Below are positions 1 through 12,105 of a DNA stretch of 64,000 nt, piece by piece; within the stretch, counting starts at the first letter, position 1, and each line of letters opens with the position of its first letter. Position numbers and translations under genes: made by a program. This stretch comes from Neoechinorhynchus agilis (lineage: Eukaryota > Animalia > Acanthocephala), in the NCBI GenBank assembly GCA_051530055.1, contig CM121341.1, positions 17,152,784-17,216,783 of the forward strand, given 5' to 3'. The notes beneath the pieces were generated by a model. The model was not told where the DNA came from and searched no databases. It worked only from the letters and a program-made list of their open reading frames with translations.

Positions 1-500
1 TTTAAAGAGTGAAGCGAGGGAGAAGAGGAGGTTTGGGGTGAGGAAACTGGAGATTGAAGGGGTTGGGGATTATGGGTTTGGGAGTGGTAAGCGTTTGAGT
101 ACTTATTGGGAAGCGGGGGGCGGACCGGAGTACAGGGTTTGAGCAAGGCGGCAGTACAGAAATCGCAAATAAATTTCCTGCCTGCTGCCCAAGTATTTGT
201 GACGAATATTTGAGTTTTAACCGGACAATCGTCCATGTCACAGGGGACGAGCTTGGTGGTTGGGCGCTTTGGCCTCGGCATTGTTACGTTGATCGTGTGA
301 TGACGTTGATGCTCACAGATTTGATTGCAATTGTTTACGACGTTAGATCTTGTGACGGCGTTGATCGTCTGACAAGGAGTATTCGATAACGTGTGACGAC
401 AACGAGAGAGAACGTTGAACTTTGACGATTGACGAGAGAGAGAACGTTGTCGAGAGAGAACGCTGAACGAGAGAACCTTGAACGGGAGAGAGGATTCAAT
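1..500 (-). mobile_element. 5' end of a probable non-LTR retrotransposon: 5'UTR with CGTTCTCTCTCG-like repeats plus an ORF1 start at 281 that runs off the window edge
   Basis: The minus frame from ATG 281 reads MPRPKRPTTKLVPCDMDDCPVKTQIFVTNTWAAGRKFICDFC... (C-x4-C ... C-x2-C) with no stop to position 1. Its C-rich sense strand resembles the L2-like element at 54.2-55.0 kb. Short repeats lie at ~400-490. Confidence 0.45.
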
Positions 501-647
501 TTTTATGTGAAAAACAAATTTTCGTTCGATTGGCTGCTTTCCCACATTTTTACATCAAATTTAAATTTTTTAAGATTTTTGAAGCACGATATAAAATTGA
601 GGCCGAATTGCGTTATTTCAAATGTGGGCAAAATTCGGTTGCAAGTA

Positions 648-945
648 TGCCGCCTAGACAGCAAGCGACCTGACGGTTTCACGGTTTTTCCATGGCTGGA
701 GGGAAAACCGCTTTTATGGGATGCGACAGCGGTCGTAGCTAAGGAACGAAAGCGTTCAAAATACAGAGAGCTATTAAGGAATTACTATTTCGTCCCTTTC
801 GCCGTGGAAACGTATGGAGCCTTGGGACCGTCAGCGCTCACTCTCCTCGACGATTTGGGACGAAGGACGAAAAGGATGACGGGGAACCGCGCTCGAGAAA
901 TTTCCTCCCTCAACGAATTGCAATTGCGATACATCGGGATGTTTA
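648..945 (+). mobile_element. CRE-clade non-LTR retrotransposon fragment (restriction-like endonuclease domain)
   Basis: RPDGFTVFPWLEGKPLLWDAT...KRSKY...YFVPFAVETYGALGP is the PD..D/E RLE motif of CRE-like elements. It is homologous to the copies at 37.6, 40.2 and 52.6 kb. Confidence 0.8.
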
Positions 946-1043
946 CAGGAATCAAAAGCGAAATAGTTTCACCAAAAAAAAAGAATAAATCGATTGCTCA
1001 TGAAGGGAAAAAGACCGTTCTTGCGAATGTTCAACGCCTTGTT

Positions 1044-1117
1044 TGCCCCAGGTGAGGCTCGAACTCACGACCTCCAGATTATGAGACTGGCGCTCTAACC
1101 AACTGAGCCACTGAGGC
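1044..1117 (-). tRNA. trnM-CAT: tRNA-Met (CAT), elongator type
   Basis: The reverse complement GCCTCAGTGGCTCAGTTGGTTAGAGCGCCAGTCTCATAATCTGGAGGTCGTGAGTTCGAGCCTCACCTGGGGCA forms a full cloverleaf with anticodon CAT. A T5 run follows ~30 nt downstream. Confidence 0.95.
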
Positions 1118-1251
1118 GTTGGGAAAACGCTCTCATGTGGTTATATGCCCTTTTCTTATAGAAAATAATTTATTTATCAAATGATCAAACGAGCAATTAA
1201 ATAGCACACCACAATTGAATCGTTCACAGACAAGAATTTATGGAAATTTCG

Positions 1252-4200
1252 TTAGAAATATACAGAACGATCTTCATTTTCTGTCCGTAAGCATAAGGGT
1301 TTTCGACACTTGAGCGCTGGTATCACAAAGTACTCCGGCCTTTTTATCCTTCCAACTCCACTCCACTCGAAAAAAGTCCGTTCTTCGACTATGGCTGACT
1401 TTTTTGTCCAATTGAACTCTACCCAATTATTGATAAATTTCTGGCCTAATTCTTTTGAAGTGTTCATAGACTCTTTCACAAGTGATTCGCTATCGATATC
1501 TTCGCCTCCTAATCGGGCAATAATTGCTTGATAGAATAACAGAATGGATCTATTTCCTGATCCATGTGATTTTATTGCTTCGTGGCATGCATCGAGAATC
1601 CAACAGTTCTCTGGTATAATTTCGCCGCCTACTAGTATTTGACATTCACTTAACTTAAGAAGAGCTCGTTCAAATAAAGGATCGCAGAAATTCAGTTTAG
1701 AACCACTTCTAACCGATAAACTCCCGTCTTCAGTCTTGGCACTTAGTATTGCGTATATTGATCTTATTGCCTGTGAGAACTCTAAAACTGCTTTTCGATA
1801 TTCCTTACTTCGGGCATAAGATTGGCTCACAAGACAATGACCGTATAGCTTTGATAAGTGATCACGGCTACCCATGTGATGAGTATGTCGGCTTAATCTC
1901 AGCCTTATCTTCTTATGAATTTCTTCACATTTCTCTCGACTATTCCTTGGTTGCATTAAACCTTCGGTTGGAAGAATAGTGTTACGGGAAATGGATGTTT
2001 CAAGTAGAAACCCAGTTTCTTCAGCTAACTCCAGTTTTAAAATATACAGCCAATTAAAAGCCGTCTTGTCGTCAGCGAGCTCATCAATGAAGTGTTCATA
2101 TATGTCCACCAGGCGAGAGTATTTATCGATGTCTTCAACAACTAGGCAGCCAAGAATTGCTAAATATGGGATTAATCGAAGCACTTCGGCATTGGCATTC
2201 ACTTTTTCATAAAGTTCAATCGCATCAAGTCCAAACGATGCTCCTTCAGCTGCTCTTCCAATACAGAGAAGATTATATGACAAGGAGGCACAACAGTGAC
2301 CAATATAAAGAATTCCTCGTTGTCGCTTTGTTATAACATCGATACGATCAAATTTTATTCGTAGCATCTTGATAAGATCATTTACTTCGTCAATAATTAT
2401 TGATCGATCTTCTAAACGGAACATAGCATCGATGTATATTGGTGATGATCGTAGGAGTTCATGTATTGACCTGTAATCCTTTTTAATTTTTGTAAAAATT
2501 GTATAAGACTCGTTAAAATTTTGGTATTCAAGTTTAATAAACTAGCGAGTAATGGATTTAATTGACTTCATTTCTAATATATTAAATAATCTTTTTTATT
2601 CCTATGTTAACGAAATTTGCAATAAAATCTAAAATCGCTGAAAACAATTACCGATAAAATCCCGGAAAAGAATTACAAATCTAAATCAGTTGCCAATTCG
2701 TTAAGTTCTTTTACCAATTTCCGAGTGGACCCATCACTTTTCCCCCTATCATCCTCGGTTTCTTGGTGTATTATTGAAAGGAGGAAAAGCCTTATTTCTA
2801 AGCCAAGCCACTTGTCCAACCCGTTATCCACCTTACTAGGTAACGATTCTAGAGCACTCTTAGCGATTCGGAAAGCTTCAACTAGTCGACCAGAAGTGTA
2901 CGCCGATATCGCCATTGATAATCTCGTCTGAACAGTCAATGATCGAGCTTTATTAGTGTGTATAATGCGCTTGAGCAGATCATGGCACGATTTTGAACAA
3001 AATCGAACGGCCAATTGATGCATATTGGCAGATTGAGCAATCATATTGTTTAGATAATACAGCGCTCGTTCATAGTCTTGACAGTTTTTTGATTGAAAGT
3101 ATATGGTGGCGTATGTCATGAGAACTATCTCGTCGCATCGGCAACTTCGAAGATCTGCGATTCTGGAGCTCTCATCCGGTTGAAAATCCATGTTGTTTAT
3201 GGAATTCGTTAATCGTTTTATGACTGATTCGGTGTGAGGTGTTTGGTTACTGGCAGAAAATGCCAGTAAATATGAATCCGAGTGGTTAACTTTTCCAATC
3301 GATTTGCTGTAGAGAAATGAGAAAAGCAAAGGATTGTAGTGGTGATTAGGGTTACCGATATTAGGATTGTGATTTACTAGCTTTTAGTGTTCTCTAACTA
3401 TGAATATAAAATTAAATCTATTCCCGGAGACATTAAAATTCACTTTTGTAAAGCTAGAAAGTTGCAAGACTTTTTCAACAACCCATTTTATTATCCAAGG
3501 AAACACATAAGGCAGTTTTTCGATGGTTAAAAAGGCCCCATAGTTATTCTTCAAATCAATAAAGTTTTCCGCTGATTTAAAACAATATTTGTAAAAAACA
3601 TGATGTCTAAAATCAGAGGGCTAACCTAATACAGAAATAATAAAAATCATATTCATCCCAGATTGCCTAAAATCGGAAGCGTCTACAATTCCTGTGATCA
3701 GTAATTGCGGATTTTACGTTTTTCGCCACAAAATGCTTTCCTTGCATAATGACATTAGCAACGGCTTCAAGTCCGATTTGCCTCCACGACACACTCCTTC
3801 TCGCTAAATTCATCTTGGCCGACTCAATCTCCACGGATTCACTTTCAATATGAGATAGCCTAATTTCTTGCACTAGATCTTCAAGTTTCATAGAAGACTT
3901 AAGGTTTATGAAATTGGCATCAACGAGATCCTGCAAAGATCGGTCATAATCGTTTGTATCAAACAGCAAAACATGAGATTGACCTGCACAATATACACAT
4001 GAGTGAAGAAGACATGATGTTCCTGATTCAAATGAGAGTTTTTTCTCAAGCCATTTGATTATTGCCCTTTGCCAAACACTCCTGGCTTTTTTCGTTTGAC
4101 TGTTAAATAGAGACCACCGAAGGCTTGGTCTTGTGAAAGATAACATTTGGCACAAAAAAGCGAGATTGGTATGGTTCTCTGGACACTCACATACAATCAC

Positions 4201-7200
4201 ATGCCGATCTTTAATTTGAATCCTTCTTCGTCTAATTGAAGCCAACTTATGCCCGATCGCTTGGTTTCGCAAATCTCTAGCACACTTTAAAAGTGTAGAT
4301 GACATTAGATTTTGAACGGCTATATTGAATCGATGTTTCGTCATAATGTCTCCGCAGATTCCATACAGAAATGATCGTGAGAACGTCTCACCTATTATCG
4401 AAGCACGTGATAAAATTGTTTGTTCCGTAATATCTAGATTATCGTATTGATTTAATACCAATGTCTCAATCGACGCTGGGATTTGAAGCGGATTCAATTT
4501 TTCTTTACTAAAGAGACATTTGTCACTTGTTGTAGAGTACCTTTCGGTCACTGATCCTGCCCGAGTTGCAAAAATGTCTTGCAATAAATTTCGTGATTTT
4601 AATCGATGGTCGTCAACTGCCATACATTTAAGCGCATTTTCACTTTGATCAATACAGACAAGTGATCTTCGTTTTAGTTCCTGAAGAGTCTCTGAGCACA
4701 AAGCTGCTGTCATTCCAACGTTTCCGTATAAGCTATACTGAATTCCTTTCTTGATAATTAGAAAGACGTAAGATAAAATGCAGATTTCGGGATCTTAAGA
4801 AGTGCTGCTTATTGAAATGCTCATTAAAATTTATTAGAAAACTTCAAATATAAGGTTTCTTGGATGTTTGTTAGAGCTAGCAGCCATTTAGCATTCCAGT
4901 ATCCTTAAAACAAGGGGGAAAGCGACGAGGTTATCGGATTTTTCTATGATAAAGTAAATTACTATTTGACAGTCTCATGTGGAGGACCAATACAGTTTTC
5001 GTCTCGTTTATAAATGGAAAATATTTCTCTTACCGTAGTTCAGTATTAATTTTTTACTTTGAGGCGTAAATTGGATGTTATCTGGCTCTCATTGTTTTCA
5101 TGTTGAAAGGGCGTGTTTTGGTACCCAGGCTTTTCAATTCTAAGTCAAAAACCCTTTTTTTAATATTAGACGGGAGTGCATCAAAATGTTGGCATAAAAT
5201 CAAAATATGCTCTTTCGGAATAGAAATAAAATGGTTTAAATTTGTAATTGTTAGCGTATGTGTCCATTATTGGTGACAGTCCACCAACATATTCGTAGTC
5301 GAAGAAAGGAACTCATCGCCTAAACTATAGAAGCTTCAACGCAGTTGACCTTGAATTGGGAGCATATAACACGGACAATATCCACCATTGATAAAACTCG
5401 GAGGCGTGCAATAGAACATCCTTGATTGGACAAAATTGAAATACCTTTTTGACGATCCGAATCTAAAGTACTAATCGCCTTTATGGTACCAATTATCAAA
5501 AGGTTTAAGCAATTCAAATGAAGTCTTCCAAGCGACAGTATTGACTGAATATCCATACTATGAACCTGATCAATACACAACACGACTGAGAGGTCGTTAA
5601 CCGCAATCATGGCCATTAATTCTTCAATGCACTCATCTGGATCTTGACTACTCGAATCTTCATGGCTGTTTTCGTCCGTGAGTCCGTGCAGAATCTTCTC
5701 AGCTTTTGATAATGTCAATTTATCCGTCTCGCGGGTAGACACAAGACTCTGGTCGATAATAGGCACAGTTTCGTTCAACATCTTCTTTAAAATTTGCCTT
5801 AATCCACTGAAAGGCTTATTATCGTCAGCAAGCTCAATTGTAATAGTGATCAGCTTTTGATTGGGTGATTTTCTCAAGATTGAACCAATATAGTTTATAA
5901 AAGCAGTACTACCGTACCCGGGAGGTGATTGGAAGAAAAAGAATTTTCGGTTGGATTTCCGATGAGGATCGCACAACAGAATAACTTGCGTAGCAATCAA
6001 AGCAAGTTCTAATCGATGTCCTACAAAGAAAAACTCATCATCACGTTCCCGGAGTGCAAGATTCTCTTCCCACACAATGGCACGGATAACCTGACCGGCT
6101 CTAATGCCTTTTAGAGCCTTTGTGGGTAGTTGATAAAACAGCGAAGGGTCTAAATTCGAAACCCAATACGTTTCATCGTCACAGGATATAGTATTCGGAT
6201 AGTTCACACTTAATCTTGCACTTAAATTAATTCTATCGCCAATGCAAGTATACTCGTGCCGCTCATGATGACCAATAACTCCGCAGTAACTAAGGCCAGT
6301 AGCTATCCCAATACTGAAATTGTCGAATGCAGGAAATTGATGTTGATCCAGATCAGATAATAGGAATTTATTTGCAATTCTATTCATCAAGTCGACCGCA
6401 AATCCCAGGGCAGCACTTGCCTTGTTTTTCACAATGATTCCAGGAAGACCAAATATGCACAGAAATGACCATCCTTTATCAAAGGCAATCGACTTTAAAA
6501 GAACGCCTTGGAATTTCATACAGAAAGCCTCGATAGCAATCAAAAGTCTCCTCATCAAATTAGAATTCTCTGCTAGTGATCGATCCATGCGTGGATTCAA
6601 ATTAATAAAGCACGATGTAATGTGACGGAATTCACCCAAGAATCGAATCGATTCGCCAAGCCAAATTTTTTCGAACACCCGTGTCAGCATAAATGGCTTT
6701 AATCCGTCTATCTATGTTATCTCGATGACTTAAGATTGCTTCCTATTTAAAATAATCCTTGCTGAAAAATTCATTAGAAACGTTAAATAAAGATAAATAT
6801 CAGCATTTAAGCCCCAATTTTAGATGCAATTTTTAACATTTTTGCAAATGTCGACTCGAAAAATCGTAGGATAGAACCTATTATTATCGCCTAATTTGAA
6901 CGCATCGAGAACACATCATTGACCTGAAGACGAACCTTGGCGAACGAAGATTGAATTCTAGAAAAAGAAGTTTCAACCGGCGACTTGGTCCACTGATACG
7001 ATTTATTCCATCTGGGATGATAGCTGCCACTTCGAGTCTTCTTTTTGTCTGGGAAATGATCATCATTGAACAACTTAAGATTGACTGCGACTACTTTCAT
7101 ATCTTCTTCCTCCGAATAAAGCTCAACGCGTTGAAGTTTAATGAGCTTTTCAGCGACGAGACCCCAAAACTCTTCTGTCATGTAGATCTTACTTTGTTCG

Positions 7201-7832
7201 CTTTTATTTCCACAGGTCTTTAAGGTATCCACGGCCTTTCCCAAAAGAAAATAGTACCTCGATGTGCTTGTCCAGAAGATCATCTTACTTACTGGACCGT
7301 AACTCAACGCTGTTTTAAGACTAAGAAGTTTTCCATCTCCAGTTTTGTAGAAATCACAAGTTTTATGAATTTCGTTGGCACAATCGATTACCATCAAAGC
7401 TATACTCTGAAGCTCACGTTTATCATATCCTCCATTAGAGTCCATATCGAAAAAATCAGAAAGTTCCCACCAACAAAGAACGGCATCTCCCGCAAATTTA
7501 ACAACATCTCCACCATATTTTTTGATTTGTTTAACGACCTTTGTCATATATTTATTCAATTCGGATGTTAAGTCGTCAACTCCACCTTGATGTCGCATTC
7601 CGTATTCCTCGGACAAGCTAGTAAAACCATTAATGTCGATGAACATAAGAACTCCTGTAGTTTGTTCCACGTAGTTGTTCTGATTTGTGGATTGCTGCAC
7701 AACAAAATTAGGTACATGTTTTGTAAGTTGTTTGAGCGCATTTTGAGCAATGGCTAACGTTCGATCGGTATCGTCCAATGAAGCCGCTCGTTGCTTCATA
7801 ATCCTATATTCGTGAAAAAATGATGTGAGCAA
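1252..7832 (-). CDS. ADCY10: Soluble adenylyl cyclase type 10-like, multi-exon. Main coding blocks 6891-7832, 5320-6690, 3667-4713, 2673-3329 and 1252-2424; exact splice sites and 5' end are uncertain.
   Basis: C1 motifs GVLMFIDINGF and VVKFAGDA; C2 motifs FDKGWSFLCIFGLPG and GVIGHHERHEYTCIGDRINLSARL; then a P-loop-like segment and a helical/TPR-like C-terminus, all colinear with ADCY10. Confidence 0.85.
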
Positions 7833-10161
7833 ATTTCGTTTAGGGATACATTTGTGTTTATGTTAGCGTGGATCGCACTCAATTAAAAATCTAAATGAAT
7901 AAATGAACTAGTAACTAAAGCGACTTAAACATCCAGTCTGGATCGACAAATCAACTTTTACCCGTGAGAAAACAATCTCACCGCCTTTTGTCCTAAAATG
8001 ATGCAACTAAAGAAATGAGTTTAAATCTATAGCTTGCTTTAAACAAAACGAGTTGAAAAACTAAACCATGGACTTGTTTTTGGATCAAAACGCAACGTTT
8101 AATAATAACACACACTAGGCGTATGATATCCAAAATACAATGACGGTCTTCGAGCTTTCGGAGGCTTTTTAATGGATTTTCATAATTGGAGAAAATCGCT
8201 AATGTTAGTAACGCAATGACACTAGAAAAGATCTTAGACTCATAAACTAAGTGCGGAAAAGGGAAATATTGAAATTGGTTTTGTCGATTTACATAAGTGA
8301 AGTCTAAGTGCACGGTCTAAACCTTTTAGAGTTGCTCTAGGCATCGTAATTCAGCCAAGTAAATCCATGAGAAGGCACAGCTGTCGTCGTTTTAGTTCTC
8401 AGGATTTCCGTCATATTTCGGGCATTCCTGGAACACAGAATAACAAGTAATTCCTTTCGGAACCTTCATCATTGCTTGTTCAAACGTCTCTAGTATCTAT
8501 ACTATCGAAAAATAGGAACTTCGTCATTAAAAGATTGGAGTAATTTTAGGCAAGGTTAATTATTTCAAATCACATTATGCAAAATACCATTATCGAGCCG
8601 TTGAAACTGGCTTAATTTAGCTATATGAACTGCTTCCAAGAAAGATTCCACTACGTGAAACTCCATTGTCTCTTTTTCGACGAAGGTTAAAATAATGATT
8701 CACCGCAAAAAATTTAAAAATAGTGCCAGAATTTATCTAAGCAAAATTAAATTTCACTATTAAGCATGCTCTTGAAATTACTCTTAAATCTAAGGTGTAC
8801 GCTTGAATTCGAACTTAAATATTTCACCATCAAAAAATGGGTTGCTGTTAATTCAGTGGATTATAAAAAGGTGTTAATGTGAGTTTGGAAAATGCTTTAT
8901 ATTATATTTTTAATTATGACTTCACTCTCTCTGTCTATACAAAGTTTCATGCTCTTCTGAATCCCAGGAAAAGCTAGCATTTTTTTTCGCAGTATGAATG
9001 GCGAGAATTCATTTAGTCTAATTGCAATGAAGAATTTCAACGAAGGTTAAACGATGCCAGCGAAATCTAGTTAAATTGAAACAAAATTTGCGCCATAATT
9101 TCAAACTCACTTCTTTTCTCATTATCTACAAAACTTCCCGGCAAAACTATTGGCTACGAGTGATCTAAATGTTTGTCAAAATGCTTAATTTCACGAGTGT
9201 AGTAAAATAAAAGGTTTAAAAGTGCGTATTGCGGGATTTAAGAATTGAAAGTGAAGGAAAGTCTAAGCCTGACAAATCAGAGGGCTGCTAAGTCCTCTGA
9301 GTTCCATCAAGCGACGAATCCCGATTCCTTAGTGATATAGCTTATCAGATACATGAACCAACATGTAAAAAGTACATTAATTCTTCGAATTCACAATCTT
9401 TTTTATATGCTGCCAGGCGAGAATAGCTGTAATGTAAAGTGCTCACAATGTAAATGAATCTTCTGTCTCGTAAAGCATCCAACAGAACACATCATTTGTC
9501 TTCAGCGCAGAATTTGACTAATATAGAGTCAATGTGTTGTATTAATGGTCAGTTTTAGGTCTCGTTTTAATTCGACAAATGAACTTTTGAACATAGGAAT
9601 CTTTTTCTCGAAATTATAAACTAATGTTTCGTCTAAAGTTGCAATGAGTTGCCTGTGTCTGTGACTCATACCTGAGGCACAGATTCTAGAACGTTCATTG
9701 TTTTTTTTTATTTGTGACAATAATAATTAATATCTTACTCCATATCGCTTTTAATATTCCTTTTTTATCTAAGCAAAGTAGTCTCTACCAAATCTTACCA
9801 ACATCCACACCAACGCTGATCCATTGTGAGATTTTAGCCAATGTTGGAATGCGTTTCGTGCTTCTGAAAATTTATCGCATTCTTCAATTCAAAACTTAAA
9901 GTACATTTCTAAGGTTAGTTATAAAAATGCCAACTTAATGTTGGTTGTAAACTTTATATGACTCATAGCTTGGAAACATGTAGGTTCGTTGACTTGACTT
10001 TTATTGCAAAATATTAAATTAGCTGAGATTTGTTTTTAACAACAGTGCCGTTGAAACTAGTTTTTCCAAAACTTAATGCATTATTAGCGTACGATGGCCG
10101 GTCTAGAAGCTCAGTTAAGGTCACCCATTTCAACATATAACAGGATTCAAATTGGCACATT

Positions 10162-10584
10162 TTATTGCTCAATTAATTTTTTTATTGTTTGAATTAAAAC
10201 AAAATTTCCAATATAATAAGAAAGACCGGAGATGTGGTTGCAAAAATCCCAATAACACTCACATTGCAAACTTCCGTTAAAATGTTGAATGCATGGTGGA
10301 CTAATAAATACATTCTTTGTTGGCATGCAGCCTCTGCTCAATCTAAACGTTCCATTGAACGCTTCAATTGTTTTTCGACATCCTTGGTTGCAATTTACAA
10401 CTTTCGCTGTTTTAGATGAGACATAGCTGCTAGCGCACTCCGGCACAGTTAAATTGTCGCATTTGTAGCAGCTTAGCGGTATGGTTCGAATATTTGTAAT
10501 CGAAGGATAGATCGAAATGATGGTAGGAAGTAAAATGAGCAAATATATTCGGGATGAAAATTTAAAACGGTGCATCCAACGCAA
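10162..10584 (-). CDS. Ly6/uPAR three-finger (quiver/sleepless-like) secreted or GPI-anchored protein
   Basis: Signal peptide, CYKC start, spaced cysteines, C-terminal CECYWDFCN motif and a hydrophobic tail. Confidence 0.8.
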   Translation of the reverse strand: MRWMHRFKFSSRIYLLILLPTIISIYPSITNIRTIPLSCYKCDNLTVPECASSYVSSKTAKVVNCNQGCRKTIEAFNGTFRLSRGCMPTKNVFISPPCIQHFNGSLQCECYWDFCNHISGLSYYIGNFVLIQTIKKLIEQ

Positions 10585-11068
10585 CTGCTCTAGTGACTGA
10601 CTATTTTAGTCATGCTTTTTAGTAACAGCAATGCAAAGAGAAAAATGGCTTTTTTGTTGACATTAGTGACACCATAAGTAACGGTTGAATGAGCGAGTAA
10701 ATATCGCCATTGGGGAATAGTGGATGCAATGAGTGTAAAAGAAGTCATTGTGATTTAGTTGCTTAGCAAGGCTTTAGCTCTTCAGAGATTCGTCAGGGAA
10801 TCCAGTGTTGTACAGGTTTTGTCAAATTATTTAGCCGTTAATTAAGCAAAAATATTTCCCTGAGGTTTATGTGGCCATCTTTTGATTTCTAGAGCAATGC
10901 TTGATCTGCAATAGAAACCAAAAACATATTCGGTTTAAAAATTTTCATTCCAGACCTTATTAAAGCAAACTTTAATATTCTATGTACTTACGAGTTCACT
11001 GTGACAAGAAGACGCGGCACAATACAGATATTTGTTAAGGGATGATTAAGATTGAGAATTTCAATCGG

Positions 11069-11290
11069 TCATTTGAAAGACCAGGGTATAGCACCGAATC
11101 TTTTCGACGGTCTCGCTATTTCATAGTACCACGACGGTTTGTATCTATTGGCTAATGCAAGGTATTCATTGATTCCTGCATGGCCGTAAGCATTGTAAGG
11201 AAAATCCTCTTCATCTGACCAAAGTGGCTTTGGCAAGTACATTGCTCGAGCAATCAAGATAAGATAGATAATTGAAATCGTTGTTCGCAT
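11069..11290 (-). CDS. Small secreted peptide, candidate neuropeptide precursor
   Basis: 73-aa ORF with a signal-peptide-like N-terminus, an acidic spacer and a dibasic KR site (…EIARPS-KR-FGAIPWSFK). Confidence 0.5.
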   Translation of the reverse strand: MRTTISIIYLILIARAMYLPKPLWSDEEDFPYNAYGHAGINEYLALANRYKPSWYYEIARPSKRFGAIPWSFK

Positions 11291-12105
11291 TGTTCCAGGA
11301 GCTCAAGTGTTTCCCACTGTGACTTTTTTTGAAACGAAAACTGCAAGTATTTTTCAGCAATGCTTAAGACTTTATGCCACCAATGGCAACATGGATTAAT
11401 GCTACCGGAAGCGCTAGACATAGTCTAAATTTATGGGAACAACGCGTAAGGTCTTAAGTGTTCCTTTGATTTAAAACTCTCTTGGCATAGTCACTTTCCA
11501 TGTTAAAAGTTTAACGCCTTACTTGCGATGAATTCAAGGAAATACAGTAAGCTATTAATGCATTTATCTGAATAATCGCTTGTGGCGGGTCTATTTAGCT
11601 TATGTCGATATGTAAGGTACCAGGGTATATGATTAGAATTATTGTCTTATTTAGCGTATATTTATTGGATTAGTCGACAAAACCGAGAAGTAATTGGGTG
11701 GAAATAAATTGCGAAAGTAAAACTATGCGATCGTAATTAAGTTAAGAATCCAATAGCCACAATTTTCTTAGGAACGGTGTTTTAAGCACTTTTAAAAATT
11801 ACGTGAGAATGCTTTTATTAAAGGCTATGAGTCGCTCACTTTTTTATTGTGATTTTCTGTGTCCAAAATTGGTTTACATAATGATGTTTCAAAACATTTA
11901 GTCTCTTCGTGAAGATTTATCTGAGAATATCGACATTAGCGCTTTTTTATAAACCGCATAACCAACAATCTTGACTGTCGTTTTATCTCGCTCGTTATAT
12001 CACCGATTAAAGTAGTGTTTAGCCACAATGCTTCTTTTACGTGTTAAGAAAATGAACATAAAACATGAGCGAAAATCAAACATGATTCATTGTTGCAATA
12101 AAGTG

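Noticed and set aside
429-1055. 208-aa ORF as a host gene
   Set aside because: It is a chance read-through of LINE 5'UTR repeats, AT-rich spacer, a CRE fragment and the tRNA flank.
7993-9720. Short ORFs upstream of ADCY10 as a separate gene or 5' exons
   Set aside because: No recognisable motifs, and no splice chain could be established by hand.
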